A stretch of 64,000 bases of DNA from Chara braunii (lineage: Eukaryota > Plantae > Charophyceae), in NCBI GenBank assembly GCA_003427395.1, contig BFEA01000008.1, positions 2,543,157 to 2,607,156 of the forward strand, written 5' to 3'. The notes below the pieces were generated by a model. The model did no database searches. It was not told the origin of the DNA and saw only the letters and a program-made list of their open reading frames with translations. A program made the position numbers and the translations under genes. Below are positions 1-12,146 of this stretch, in pieces (the first letter of the stretch is position 1; each line of letters starts with the position of its first letter).

Positions 1-88
<88 letters not shown>
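1..88. repeat. (TC)n microsatellite
   Basis: Pure TC dinucleotide run at the window start. Confidence 0.98.
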
Positions 89-90
<2 letters not shown>

Positions 91-1515
91 GTGTCTTTTA
101 CACAAGGTGACAAGGACCTAGCTCCCGCAAAGTTGAGCATTGCTCCTTTGAAGTTCCTCCGTTTCCGATCTTGTATGCGCTCCCCTCCCGATCTTACGTG
201 CGCTCCAAGCGCAAAGAGGGGAGAGCAAGGACTTGTTCAGCGTTCTTCGGTTCAGAAGTGTTCAAAAAAGTTCACAAGTGTTCGACTTGTTCGTGATGTC
301 GTCGTTCTCGATGCTGCCACCTGTTTGCCGCTCTGCTCCACAACTCCTGTTTGAAAACCCCATGTTGCCTGCCTCCCCTCCTTAGAGCGCCTGCCCACTC
401 CCTCCTCTCATAGTCTCAGCCTTGGACAAGCTAGTGTCTTTGTTGCTCGAGTTATCCCGTGTAGCTCGACCATTGCAAGACCCCCCTTCCCCGTGCTGCG
501 TGCTCCGGGGTGTGGTGGATAAGCTTCGCATGGTTATGGCTAACCCTAAAGACTGCCGCTCCCGTCATAGGAGCAGAGCGCTACGGCGTTGGCTTCCCGC
601 TTCGTCCCTCCACCGCCTAAAATGGATCGAAGTTTTTTTTTTGTTTTATATCTTAAATTTTGTTTCTTTTCATTTTTTGTCTCTTTTCAAAGCTCGCACT
701 CTAGCTTTCTGAGGTTTACTCACACAACGACCCCAAATCCCCAAAATATGTGGATTTGGGAAAGGGCGATTTGAGGTTTTGGGCATGGTTCACGACACAC
801 TATTGTACCTTTTCAGATGAGACAAGATGTTGGTCGTCTGGAGAAATGGGGATTTGGTACTTGGCTGGTCAAACGGTGCCATAGCTCGCGAGGAGAGTCA
901 AAAATGACGCGGTGCTGCTGCAGAGACGGCAGCGGAGCTCTACCAGGAGCGCTCCGCCACCTGGAGGTCTCTGCATTCCGGGACTGTGATTGTGACGCAG
1001 CGTAGGCTTTGCGGCGAACAGGAAAGTGCGGTGGTGGCCATCGCCTAGTGTGGCAAGAGCAAGCTATGAGGGTGCGGTGGGAGTTCTATTCGTGAATAGA
1101 GGTTGGCAAGGCGAGGGGTCATGGAATATATATGGGGTTGTTGATCTTTTCGAGGTCTACAACCCCATATTTTTATTTTTATTTTTTTAGCTTTGAATAT
1201 ATTTATAAAAAATCAAAAACATAAGCACAAAAAAAAAATAAAAAAATAAAATGACATGAGTTTTTTGAGGGGGGTTCACAAAGATTTTCTAAGGGCTAAA
1301 AGAAAAACAGAAAAAATAAATAAATAATATAGGGTTGTAGATCTTTCAAAGATGTACCACAACATTTTTTTTTTTTTTTTTTTAACTTCGTGTATTTAAA
1401 AAAAAATCAAAATCATAAACAACATATTTTTTTGCTTGCATTGCTTAGGTGATCCTGCTGGCCAGTGGCCAGTGCTGGGCAGACTCCCTGATTTGGGCCT
1501 GTAGAAGATTGCATG

Positions 1516-1832
1516 AGCCTGGCGTCCGAGGTCCCGTACGGCAAGGTTCGTCCGCTTCCGCTTCAATTAGGGCTGGGAGGTTGGTCCAGCCCCGCTGCTT
1601 GTCACTGCTGTCTGGTCCAAGTTGCCCTCAATACTGGTAGGGTGATGGTCCTTAGTGCTGGCCACACTGAGGTAGGATATTAGGGACAGGGGGTGTGCTG
1701 GGAGTATTAACGTGGGGATGGGTAGGGTAGGTGGCCTATCCTGTCAGGACAACCATTGGCTGCTTCTACCAGCAATCACCGCGGGTCTGGTCCTTGGCCT
1801 CTACAACACCCTGGGCTTTCAAAAAAAAAAAA
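1516..1832 (+). mobile_element. Poly(A)-tailed retroposon 3' end (SINE or LINE tail), copy 1
   Basis: Homologous to 25020-25333 (shared blocks gcctggcgtccga, caaggttcgtcc, cacactgaggtaggata, cctctacaacaccctgg); both end in an A run. Confidence 0.75.
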
Positions 1833-1955
1833 NNNNNNNNNNNNNNNNNNNNNNNNNNNNNNNNNNNNNNNNNNNNNNNNNNNNNNNNNNNNNNNNNNNN
1901 NNNNNNNNAAACGAGAAAAAACTGAAAAAAAATGAAAAAACAAAAAAAAAACGGG

Positions 1956-1991
<36 letters not shown>

Positions 1992-3439
1992 GAGAAACAA
2001 AAGAAAAACCTATGTTACCAATGGTCCGGAGATCGGATGTCTCCCCCGGACGTCTCCCCGGACGTAAGGTACCCCTGTCGTTCGGATTTCCGGACGACGA
2101 CTTTTTGGCCAAAAAAAAAAATAAAAAAATAAAAATTATAACAGTGTTGCGCATGCCATAGAGACCCCCCATAAATTTTTTTTGGTGATAGGGTGCTATT
2201 TGTGGTGGGAGGGGGGGGGTATGAGGGGTTTTGGCTGGGATAGGAGGGGTATAGGTGGGGATTAAAATCTTTGAAGATTTTTATATTTTTTCCTACTGCT
2301 CAAATGAGCCAAAATACATCTTATGCAAGGTAGAAGCCACATGATTTTTTTTCAAAATCCCCTGTCCGGTCCGACGTCCGACCAGACGTCCGATCGGACA
2401 TCCTGGACAGACGGGGGGGTCCCGAACGTCTGATAAAACAACCTAGAAAAAAACAAAAAAACAGAGAATTGGTGACCCATAACTGTGCTCCGTGTGATGC
2501 ACAGACCTGAATTCGAATCCAGAGTATATATTGTCGGCCTACGCAGACAGATTACAAGTCCAATGTCCATCTCTACTCCACGAGGGGTCCTTGCTAATAT
2601 GTAGGGGCCCTTCGGAAATGAGACTGGACGAATAGATTGGAGCATTTGGTATAAAAAAAAAAAAAGGACATGCACCCACATGCACACACATGTGCTCACA
2701 GTGTTCGAAAGGGAGGGGCATGTTTGGCCACCCCACGCTGTTAATAGGGGTCAATATTTTTTTTTTTTCCCGTTTTTAGTGTTTGGGCACTTAGGGCCAC
2801 GTGTCTGAGGCTCGACACGCCAATTCCGTTTTTCGGAAATCAACAGGACACCCCTGTTTTTCCGTTAAACGGGATTCAACGGGGGTCCTCGGACCCGTTA
2901 AACGGGTTGAACGGCGTTTAATTCCGCCCGTTCTCCGTTCATCGGCCACATAGTTCGTTGACACTTTTGCACTGCTTAATTATTGTTTCGGGGTGCCCTA
3001 TTAGATTCTATGTGTCGATTCCTTGTTTCTTAATTTTGTTTTCAAGCTACCTGATGTGATGGATGGCTTAATCTCGGTTTTCAAGTGAGCTGATATGAAG
3101 TACGACCTCAAAATTGTTGCTTATTTTCATCATCCGATTTTTCGTATAGTTCCTGTTAATTTGTAACAACATACTTTAGTTGATTTCGTACTTACATATC
3201 AAAAATAAATTTGAGTTCAATTCCTAATTAGTAATTACATATAATCATAACTTTCTGAAAGTTCAAAAGCCTTGCAACTTCGTTCTAAAATTCTCTGGTT
3301 CTAGTGGAGGTTCGACAATCTACTTTGGAAATCATTTTTGGATGACTAAACCTAAATTCGTATTTTTTTCTCTTAATTCAAGTTAACTGTATATATGTAG
3401 TTTTTGCTTTGCATTGAATTCCTACGGTTTTTGTGTCGA

Positions 3440-4535
3440 GATATGTTGATTTCCAAAATTTGACCTATTTCTTTTCATCAGAGTTTCGTCAGAATTTTGA
3501 ACAGGGGCCCATGGGGTGGTCGAGTGGAGCATCTTGTACGGTCTTGGGGGATTTGTTTTCAAGTAGGGGGCAAAGGGCATCAAATAATTCTTAGGAAGGA
3601 CGGAGAGGGGATGGAATAGGGTTTTTTAACGGGTACCGGCTAGGGGGAGCTCTTATCAGATGCGATTGGCGTTGGGTAGCTTAGGTTGTCCACTGGGTAC
3701 CGGCTGATAAGGGTGAGCTTTGGCGCGATTGGCGTTGGGAAGTGTTGTTTCACCCCCTTGAGGATAGAGACTGAAATTCTTGTGGGGGCAAGGAATTTCA
3801 GGGTGATCATGGTGTCCGCCCCCTGCTGAGAGGAAGTTCTCTGGACTCTTTACTAGGACGGAGTTTGGGAGGACGAATGAGGTTCTTCTTTTCGATGATG
3901 GAGGCAGGATTGTTCGGGTTGTCTGTTTCCGGGGTTGCTTGTTTTCCTAAACTTGTGCAATGTCCTATTCTTCGTCAGAGTCTCTTCAGGATCTTAACAA
4001 GGGCCCCATGGGAGAGTCAAGTGAAGTATCTTGTAGGGTTTTGGGGGATCTGTTTTGAAGTAGGGGGAAGGGGCATGGAATGATTCTTTTCAAGGACGGA
4101 GAGGGGGATGGAATAGGGTTGCTTGACAGGTACCGGCTAGGGGGAGCTCTTATAAGATGCGATTGGCGTTGGGTAGTTTAGGCTATCCGATGGGTACAGG
4201 TTGATGAGGGCGAGCTCTGGCGCAATTGGCGTTGGGTAGCACTAGTTCACCTCTTTGAGGACGGAGACTGGAGTTCTTATGGGGGTAAGGAACTTCAGGT
4301 GATGATGGTGCTCACCCCTGCTAAGAAGCGGTCTTCTGGATTTTTTTACGAGGGCGGAGTTAAGAAGGACGGATGAGACTGGGATGGAGGGAGTTGGGGT
4401 GGATGCAATCGGCACCAAGTATCGTGGCGGGTACCGACCACTTGCTACTAACTACACTTGGAACAACTTGAGTTTTTTCCTTTCGATGATGGAGGCAGGA
4501 CCTTTTGGGTTGATTGTTGCAAGGGTTGCATGTTT
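3440..4535. repeat. Diverged tandem repeat of about 500 bp (two copies plus a partial third)
   Basis: 3440-3860 aligns with 3940-4360 (e.g. gacggagagggg..atggaataggg, taccggctagggggagctcttat, gatgcgattggcgttgggtag). tttcgatgatggaggcagga recurs near 3890 and 4480. Confidence 0.8.
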
Positions 4536-4928
4536 TTTCCATATTTTCTCAAAAAAAGGTGAGCGGGATAAGTAGATGGTTGGATATCAAGCGTCCTACT
4601 AGTGAAAGGGCTAGCTCGTAGGATGGAAATAGGGTACAACAGCAGCGGAGATGCTGGCTCTGCTGCAGTAAGTCTTGTCGAAGTGAGGTAAAGGGGATTG
4701 ATGGAGGGTTCTGAGTTGTTTTATGAATTTTGCCTATTTTTGGAAAAAAAAAAAAAAAAAAAAAAAACAACGACGCCATCCACAAATTGTGCAAGAGTAT
4801 GAAAGGAATCAGTCTTGTTGCGAAAGCATGTAGACAAGTCTTCGAGTGCAGTTACACCCTTGACGAGTGCAATTACACCCTTGACAAATGCAATTAAGCG
4901 CAAAACAAACAACACATGGAATAGGCGT

Positions 4929-4971
4929 CCCCAACGCGTTTCAACGGAAGCCACGTCGTCATCTTCAGGGG
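4929..4971 (-). ncRNA. Minimal type I hammerhead ribozyme (PLE-type)
   Basis: Minus strand reads ccc CUGAAGA u GACG..CGUU GAA ACGCGU U gggg: intact core, stem II GACG/CGUU, palindromic stem III ACGCGU, stem I ccc/ggg, GUU triplet. Confidence 0.8.
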
Positions 4972-5626
4972 TTTTGACCACCTTCTTACCCGTACTAACC
5001 ATTCGATCCACTAACCCGCTTCCGTCCGCTCGTCACACCGGCGTCCGGACGCTAGTAAGAGTCACGGGACGTTAGTCCTGAAAGAGGCCGACCTAATTGC
5101 ATTAGCATCTTAAGTACTATTCCTAAGTAAACTGGTATAGGTCTCACGCCGAGACCGCCAACTGGTACTACTAGTACTAATGTCTAGGTACCCTGTGAAA
5201 TCACAGTTGGTGGTTCAAAAATCAAAGGGGCCCAGACCGTCCGGTCGACGGCCGGGCCCAAACCGGTAGCTACCCGGTGCCTCAAAACTGAATCTACAAA
5301 ACAAAGCAATAGGAGACAAAACAGATATGCTTAATAGGCCGAACTCATGTAAAACCGGCTTGATCCTCATCGAGGGCAAAATATGCAGGCTAGAAAGCAT
5401 GTATACCCTGTCCGAATATGCAGTGGGATCCACTACATCGAAAAGGCTAATACTTTCGACATTGATATGTGAAATACACAGCACAAACACAATAACCAAA
5501 AAAAGTCGGAAAAACAGAAAACGTAAAACAAGAAACCAGGTGCTCATTCTCTAACCAATCTGCTCAATCCCACAGGACAGAACTTATGAAAACAGAAAAT
5601 TGAAAAGGAAAAGAAACTTCGCACAT

Positions 5627-8500
5627 CTAGTTATCTAACAGTTCTATGGTGAATCGCCAGACATCGTCCTTGCGAGAGCCAAAATGTTTGAGTACTCTCA
5701 TGAAAAGTTCACATGGGAAGTCTTTCTTTGACAGTTCCCTTTTCAAAGTACTCACACGGCGAGGAATTTCGGACCTGATTGTAGTATTTTGTTCGATCCG
5801 ATGTAAGTAGTTGTTGATGACAACACTTTTCTGCTTCTTACAGCCCCAGGACAAGTATGATTGTCCGTTCTGGATTTGTAGCTCCCCGTCTGTCCATACA
5901 TTGTCTTCGTTCTTGAATAGTTGCAGGCAGCTAAGGTACGGGTACTTCTGCTTGGAGCGGACTTGGCATCCAAGGAATTCAAACGTTCTGGTCCCGTCGT
6001 CAGTGCGCTTGAGTGTGAGTGTTGCCGGATAGCAGACTTCAAATGCGGACAGCAATGCATCGCGCTTAGTTGTGCTCCTAGCTGCAATGGTAAGCGTGAC
6101 ATCATCTATCAGTCTGGTGTCGTGGATCAGTCGAGCATCGTTGCCAATCGCTTGAAGGAAAGAATACTCTGCATGGGCACATAGTATGCATGCAAGTGGT
6201 GGGATGGTGGTTTTTCCCATCGGGATCCCCACCAGTTGTTTCAGCAACACGCCAGTCGCGCATGTGTAGGTGTGTTCAAGCTCCAGATGTAGGAAGCACA
6301 ACATTGAATCGAACCCAAGATATCTCCAATGATCCGCACCGGTTGTCCTTCCAAAAGTAGCGCCCTTCCCTCTCGTATTCACCCTCACGTAGGTCCTCCC
6401 CTTCGATCGATGGTAACCAAACAGCCAGTCCAACGCTGTGCGAATATCGAAGTGCCGCAGGCGGCCAAACATCTCCTTAATATCATAGGAGACTGTTGTT
6501 ATAGTTGTTGTTCCCTTTTGCTTGAGTAGCTTCCCGTTCACCTCAGACAGTCTCCCTGCGAGGTCTGACACTGACATCAAGTTAAAGTGTCAGTTCTTCA
6601 GTAGTGTTCTCAGTGGATGGTCGAGACCCCGTGAGATAGCTCGTCCTGTCTGGATCATTGGCTCCATGTACGTGGGGCAGATCGGCCGGTACTTGTCCAG
6701 GTCCTTTTGCTTAGGTAATACATATGTCGATCTGAACCCTCCTCTCTTATCCCATCTGGCAAACTTGGTTAAGCCTTTCGCCGCTACCTCTTCCCTCACT
6801 TCTCTCAAAATCTCGCTCGCAGATACTTCCATCACTCCATACCCTGAGTTAAATCAGTTAAGCACAAACGTAGACATCATGGCCTTATAGTACACATACG
6901 GGCACATTGCAACAGTTTCACCGGGATTCCTGTCCAGGTGGGTCAGTACCAATCCTTCCAATTTCGACTTCAGGTCATGCACGTGGTGGGAGAGCAGATG
7001 CTCTCCTTTGGTTGCATACCTATCACTCAAACATTTAGTCAATATATCCGTGGAGAATGCCGACACTTTACACTTCCAGTTCTTACACTGCCTAAAGCCT
7101 TCGAACATCTCGCTCTGTAACAAACTCAGTCTGTCGTCACAGGGAACGCTCAGTACATTACGTGCGTTGTGCAAAAGTGGGTGTACACCCTCCATCTCAC
7201 TGATACAGAAGCGAACATGGCCCTCCGACCTGGGGAAGGGTAATCCTGCGCATTTGCAGGTGAGCACGTCACGGGTGGCGTACACCCGTTGATTGTGCAA
7301 CGTGTCCGCTATTGACGGGTTCTTCACCCATACAATGCGGACCTTTTTTCCCATCCTTTGTAAAAAACATCTAGGTAAGTTACCTTGCATCAACGCATCA
7401 TTCAACACCTTGCGCACCTCACCTACCTTAATCCTATCATCAAACTTCAATCGAAAAATCGGATCAGCTCCCATACACAGACCAAAACGAGAGCTAAAAA
7501 TTCTGGAGATAAGTCGACGCAAATACTTGCGAGTCACATTCCTGCTAAAGTCCTTAATCGCATTGTACAGTCGTAGCAGCGTTTTAATGTTTCACCTATA
7601 GCACTCATCAATCCTACCTGGGTTGCGTAAGATTCGAATTAGCACGGCTTTGAGGTATCTGCACTTCGGCTTCCACTTCCACCAGTGCACCACTTGAAAG
7701 ACACCCCCTCCTTCAAGATCGGGCTTCGCCTGCTTCAGTGCCTTGATCTTGTCGTCGCACTTCAGCTTCGTGTCGCCAAACGCCCTATTAATCTTCTTCC
7801 AACCTGGTTGCCAGATACTCCCTCCTTCCACGAAGATTTGCATGCCTTCCTGCCGTTCTATGCAGGCCGAGTCAAGAAGTTGATAGAAATCAACTCGCCA
7901 TGGCTCCACCGTAGAAAGCCGAAAACGTAGCGCTCTGTCGTCCGTAGCAGTGCTTCTTGTTTTCCCTTTGAGTTTCTCACGTTCTCTCCGTCCTGGTCTT
8001 GATTTCTTCTTCCCAGTACCTTGCTTCGCGCCGGATGTGTTTAGGAAAGGGCACCAACGACTGATGTACAATTTCTCCAGCTTCACCAGGTCCTGCCCTT
8101 CGATGTAATCTATAGGTAGCAATACATAGTTCTCACGGCCGTAGCTTAACAACCATCGATGTAAATGAGCAGGTTTCCTCGATTTGGTGACATATAAATG
8201 TTTGCGCCACCTTGTAATGACGTTACGTGAGGTCTTCCCTATGTACAACGATTTACAATATGGGGACAGCCCCACGAATACTGCATCCTTAAGGCGTAGG
8301 AAGTCGAATCTGTGTTTCTTGTACAGACGCAACCAATTACTGATACAACGTTGACTCCATCTAATCTCTCCCTCTAGTGATAGTCGAATCACAATGAGCT
8401 GCAGGATCTCTTCGAGCAGAGTATTCACTCCTTCAAACTCGCGTCGCAACTTAGTAAAGCATCTGTAGAGTTTCCACAGTATTGGAATCTCCCACCCTCC
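5627..8500 (-). pseudogene. PLE ORF2: GIY-YIG endonuclease plus reverse transcriptase, interrupted
   Basis: Fragments 7592-8449 (AVFVGLSPYCKSLYIGKT..R..H; LEKLYI..FLN), 6854-7537 (CKC..H, LDRNPG), 6590-6835 (KYRPI) and 5627-6580 (YDIKEMF, GIPMG, RLIDD, FLG). Confidence 0.88.
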
Positions 8501-9720
8501 TCATGCATCACGTTGCTCTTCCGGTGGTCCGCCTGAAGCACTGTCATCCACTGCGATAACCTCGGTGATGCCGGTGGAGTCTAAGTCGTACTTCTCTTTA
8601 GCCCGACTTTCAGCGGCAAAGATCGCATCGATCTTGCTGTCATACGAGACCCCCTCTTCCTTGCAGATGCGTTGCAGCTCGATCACGTCCATCATGCCGT
8701 CACGAAAGCGCAATCGTTGCAGCGCTCCCTTCGTTGTAGGTGTTGTGGCCGGCCCAGGTGTGCTTGGTGCCATATTCTTCTTCCGTCTGGCTGATAGAGG
8801 TGTCTTCACGGGTGATATCCGCTTGACAGATCCATGTGCCTTGACGATGGTCCTTGCTCTAGTCATGCGGCCAGTCAATTTGGTCGGCTTCAGAGCACCT
8901 TTCCTTGGCGTCCGCTTCGGTGGCAGCTCCATCGGTGGGCTATCATCAAATTCCGGCTCCTGTCCTCTATTCCTTTTCTCGGAGATACATAGATGCTCTG
9001 CTTGCGCGCTTTGTTCCTGCGTAACATTGGTGTCACTTTCTTCTTCCGATGCAGACGCACTCTCTGCAACGTATGTCACTTTCTTCTTACCGTGCCTGAT
9101 AATTTCCCTCAAGGGGCCGATAACGCTCTCCACTTGATGTGAAAAATTCTCCTCCATCTCGCTGAGCCGTATGGCGAGTTGGATGTCGTTGTCCTTCCTC
9201 ATTTCCTCCCGTCGTTGCGCCTCCAATTCCATCTCCTCTTTACACTTCTCCGCCTTCTTCTTAGCCTTCCTCTCGGCCTGTTCACATCCTGCCGCCTCGT
9301 GCTCCTCGGCCTCCTTCTTCTCTCGTTTCCTCTGCTCCTTTTCGTCTTTCTTCATCTTTGCTTCGTTGAAGAAGTCCGTCATGGCAGCGACGGATTTCCC
9401 CAATTTTTCAACCGTATCCTTGATGTCTCCTCCCTCCCTTGATGGTGATTCGTATCTCCTTAGGTGTTCGAATATTTGCGGCGCGCCCGACTGCCTGAAG
9501 TCTAAGGACGTGGAAGGACGGTCTAAGTGGTGACGCCGCCGATCTCTATCGGGGCACTGATTGGCACAGTGCCTAGGTTCGCCGCAGTTGAAGCATGTTG
9601 GTGGACGATAGTTCCTCCGGTCATACTCGCGACGCCCCTCCGTTCTTCATTATGTCTCTCGTTCTTACGGCGTGCATCGTTCCCTTACCGGTAGTCATCG
9701 CAATGCTCCGTGCCTAACAT
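8501..9720 (-). pseudogene. PLE-associated ORF1: CCHC zinc knuckle, charged coiled coil, possible SAP-like C-terminus
   Basis: Around 9553-9603 the minus strand encodes PTCFNCGEPRHCANQCP. ORF 8501-9403 is KE-rich and contains ELQRICKEEGVSYDSKIDAI near its end. Confidence 0.65.
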
Positions 9721-9830
9721 GGTGCTAGTTGATGAGATTCGAAGCGTCGGCTCAGAGGTCTCAGGTCTTCGGTCGAGCCTAAATGGTTCACTGCAATACA
9801 GCAGTCAGGTCGCTGTCCCTTCGACGACAC

Positions 9831-11092
9831 TGTGACGAACTAGCTTCTGTAATGCGCGACTTTCTGCGCGAAGTGCTAAGCGGGGTCCCACGTCGATTGG
9901 ACGGGTTGATGGAAAATTGCATGTGTGTCCTTGCTTTCTTCGTTGTTTCTTCGTTCGCACACGAGCCCCTGATGACAGTTGGGGACAATTCGGGAATGCA
10001 CGGGGAAAAGGGGGTGAAACTTGGTCGGATGGATGCGGAGTACGCGCCAAGTGCGCGATTAATAAACGTTGAAGTCGCTTCTTTTCTTTCGGTTCCCTTC
10101 TTTTAATTTTGTTTTGTTGAACTTTTGGGCGCGCAAACATCGCGTGGGAAGTTCGGTGTCTCTTTTTGAATTTCCTTCTTGAATTTTCGTTTCGAATCTT
10201 GGTCAGAGCCATACGGCCCTCGCAATTTTGATTTTCTTTTTCGGACCTTTTCATCGGCAGGCTAGCTAGGAATTTTGGAATTATGGAATTTCTGTTTTTC
10301 GGGGGCGCTGCTTTGCGTATTCGCGCGCTCTTTCTTGCTGCTGCGCCAGGACCTTGATTGATTGGCGCCTTAATCCTTTTGCAACTGTAATTTTGGGCGC
10401 ACACTTTTGTAACTGTATCTTTCTGTTTCTTGCTTCTTATTCTTCTCGCCTCCTTTCTTCCTCTCTCCCCTCCCTTGCTTGGTAGCCGCGTTTGCATGTT
10501 CGGATTGATGCGTGGAGTTGGGTACGTCCCCCACGCCGCGGCCCGACCGTGCAAACGTAAGCACTCCCTTTCTCTCATCTATCTACGTCCTTGTAATTCC
10601 GTGTTCTTCGCGCATGCATGCACACTATAAATTCCGGCTGCGCGATTAACCTTCTCTCTTAAGAGTTGCTGGAAGCTCGGGGTTGCGCGATTGAGAGGGT
10701 CGGCACACGAGCGAAGTAAGAGGTGAGTGAAGTGGGAGTCAGGCGACCTGACGAGCTGGTGCCGAATGCGCGGGGTTGACGCGGGCCACGACGGACTGTG
10801 GGCGCGGAGCGAACCTGACGGGCACAGGAGGACTAAGCGGGGTGACGGCTTCATGTGTTGATGCGCGACGACGGACTGTCGGCATCGGGGAGAGAGAGAG
10901 AGGAGAGAGAGTTGAAGTCGAAGATGGACATGGATTTACGCTTTTCTTTTCGGTCCATTTTTTATCTATGTATATAAATTTTGGTGTCGATTACGGGCAA
11001 CTCGCCCTTGTCTTTGCGGCCACATACTCGTCCTGTTGTTCGATTTGATTCTCTTTTTTTTTTTATCGATGCACCTTTGCATTTTCGTTTTT
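9831..11092 (+). repeat. Long direct repeat copy 1 (apparent LTR)
   Basis: Aligns with 19242-20504 at roughly 95% identity (hand count of about 60 differences). Confidence 0.95.
10002..10014 (+). promoter_or_regulatory. Polypurine-tract-like sequence inside the repeat
   Basis: GGGGAAAAGGGGG followed by TG; identical copy at 19412-19424. Confidence 0.5.
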
Positions 11093-11469
11093 GATCGTTT
11101 CCCTTCGAACCCTCGTGCATAATGAATGAGAATGGGGATTGCATGTTGGTGTGATCAGTAGAATGTGTTGGCTTGTCGAATCTTACGGGTAATCTGGAGC
11201 GCACCATTCGACGTGCCATATGGGCACCTGCAAGTGCGATCCGAATGGAGCGCGACGTATATATGTCCATACCACTCGGACTCGCCAATCGCGTCCTGAC
11301 TAACACCCGTAGTCAGCCCATCACTGAAGTAGGAGTCGACGTCAACCGGGATCGGGTTACCCATCACGCGTAAGTGCGCGTAAGTGCGACTTGTTCGCAT
11401 CTCTCTTACGCACTTACGAGCGGTGATCTCCCCGATTAACTTATCCCCCAAGGCGTGAGTGATGAAAGA

Positions 11470-11847
11470 ATGACGAGCTCACGGAGTTCCGACGTATCTT
11501 GGAATTCCGAGGATTACGAGTCGTATTTTAGGTACCGGGAAATCTGGGAAGAAGAGCAACTCCGATTGCGGGGAAATTTGAGAAACCCGGTGTTCCCCTG
11601 CCTCACGGAAAACGATAGATTTTGCGCTAGGGAATTCCATCTCGCCGTGCGAAGCGACCCACGGATACCCGACTACCCAAACACGTACAACACACAGTAT
11701 TTCATAACCCCCGGCTTCGTCCTTATCACCACTTATTTCCCGCCATACCACCTCCTCCTCCCCTATCATCAGCTTACGGTAGTACCGTGGAATCCCATAG
11801 CGCCTTATTGGCCCTTTCCCAGTGCTCTATTGCATCTCTGCCCCTGA
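11470..11847 (+). CDS. Accessory ORF upstream of the PBS and gag, unknown function (125 aa from the ATG at 11470)
   Basis: Uninterrupted, compositionally protein-like ORF (track 11455-11847); no recognised motif. Confidence 0.4.
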   Translation: MTSSRSSDVSWNSEDYESYFRYREIWEEEQLRLRGNLRNPVFPCLTENDRFCAREFHLAVRSDPRIPDYPNTYNTQYFITPGFVLITTYFPPYHLLLPYHQLTVVPWNPIAPYWPFPSALLHLCP

Positions 11848-11980
11848 ACTTGGCCACAGAAGATCCCAGTTCCGACCTGGGACTTCAACCCCCACTTTCC
11901 CAAAAATCCTTGGCACACCCCTCTTCGCACTTCCAGCCCCCCATCCCACTCCGATCAGGAAGTCGCATCGGGCGTAAGGT

Positions 11981-11993
11981 TGGTATCGGAGCC
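11981..11993 (+). promoter_or_regulatory. Primer binding site, tRNA-iMet type
   Basis: TGGTATCGGAGCC, one difference from the plant consensus TGGTATCAGAGCC, about 150 nt before the gag ATG. Confidence 0.8.
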
Positions 11994-12146
11994 CGACACG
12001 TGGCTAAGTGATAGGGTCTGTAGACCCAATATTGGCTAAGGCGAGGCAATCTAGCTCCACGTAGGCGCCCTTCAGCTGGGGATACACGCCGACGTAGTCC
12101 TGTAGTTACACGAAGCCGAACGTCCGCCACAAGGCGAGCAGGCGCC

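Larger units (their letters stand above)
4770..9830 (-). mobile_element. Penelope-like retroelement with N-terminal GIY-YIG endonuclease (Chlamys/Naiad-type domain order), decayed; ends approximate
   Basis: GIY-YIG then RT on the minus strand, an upstream zinc-knuckle ORF, and a minimal hammerhead downstream of the RT. The 5' side abuts the gypsy-like unit at 9831. Confidence 0.85.

Noticed and set aside
5627-8449. Group II intron or organellar homing endonuclease insertion
   Set aside because: No domain V/VI structure was seen; the GIPMG/IDD-type RT with a hammerhead fits a Penelope-like element.
9805-10578. 257-aa antisense ORF in the long repeat (238 aa in copy 2)
   Set aside because: K/R-rich translation of T-rich DNA without motifs; its presence in both copies follows from their high identity.
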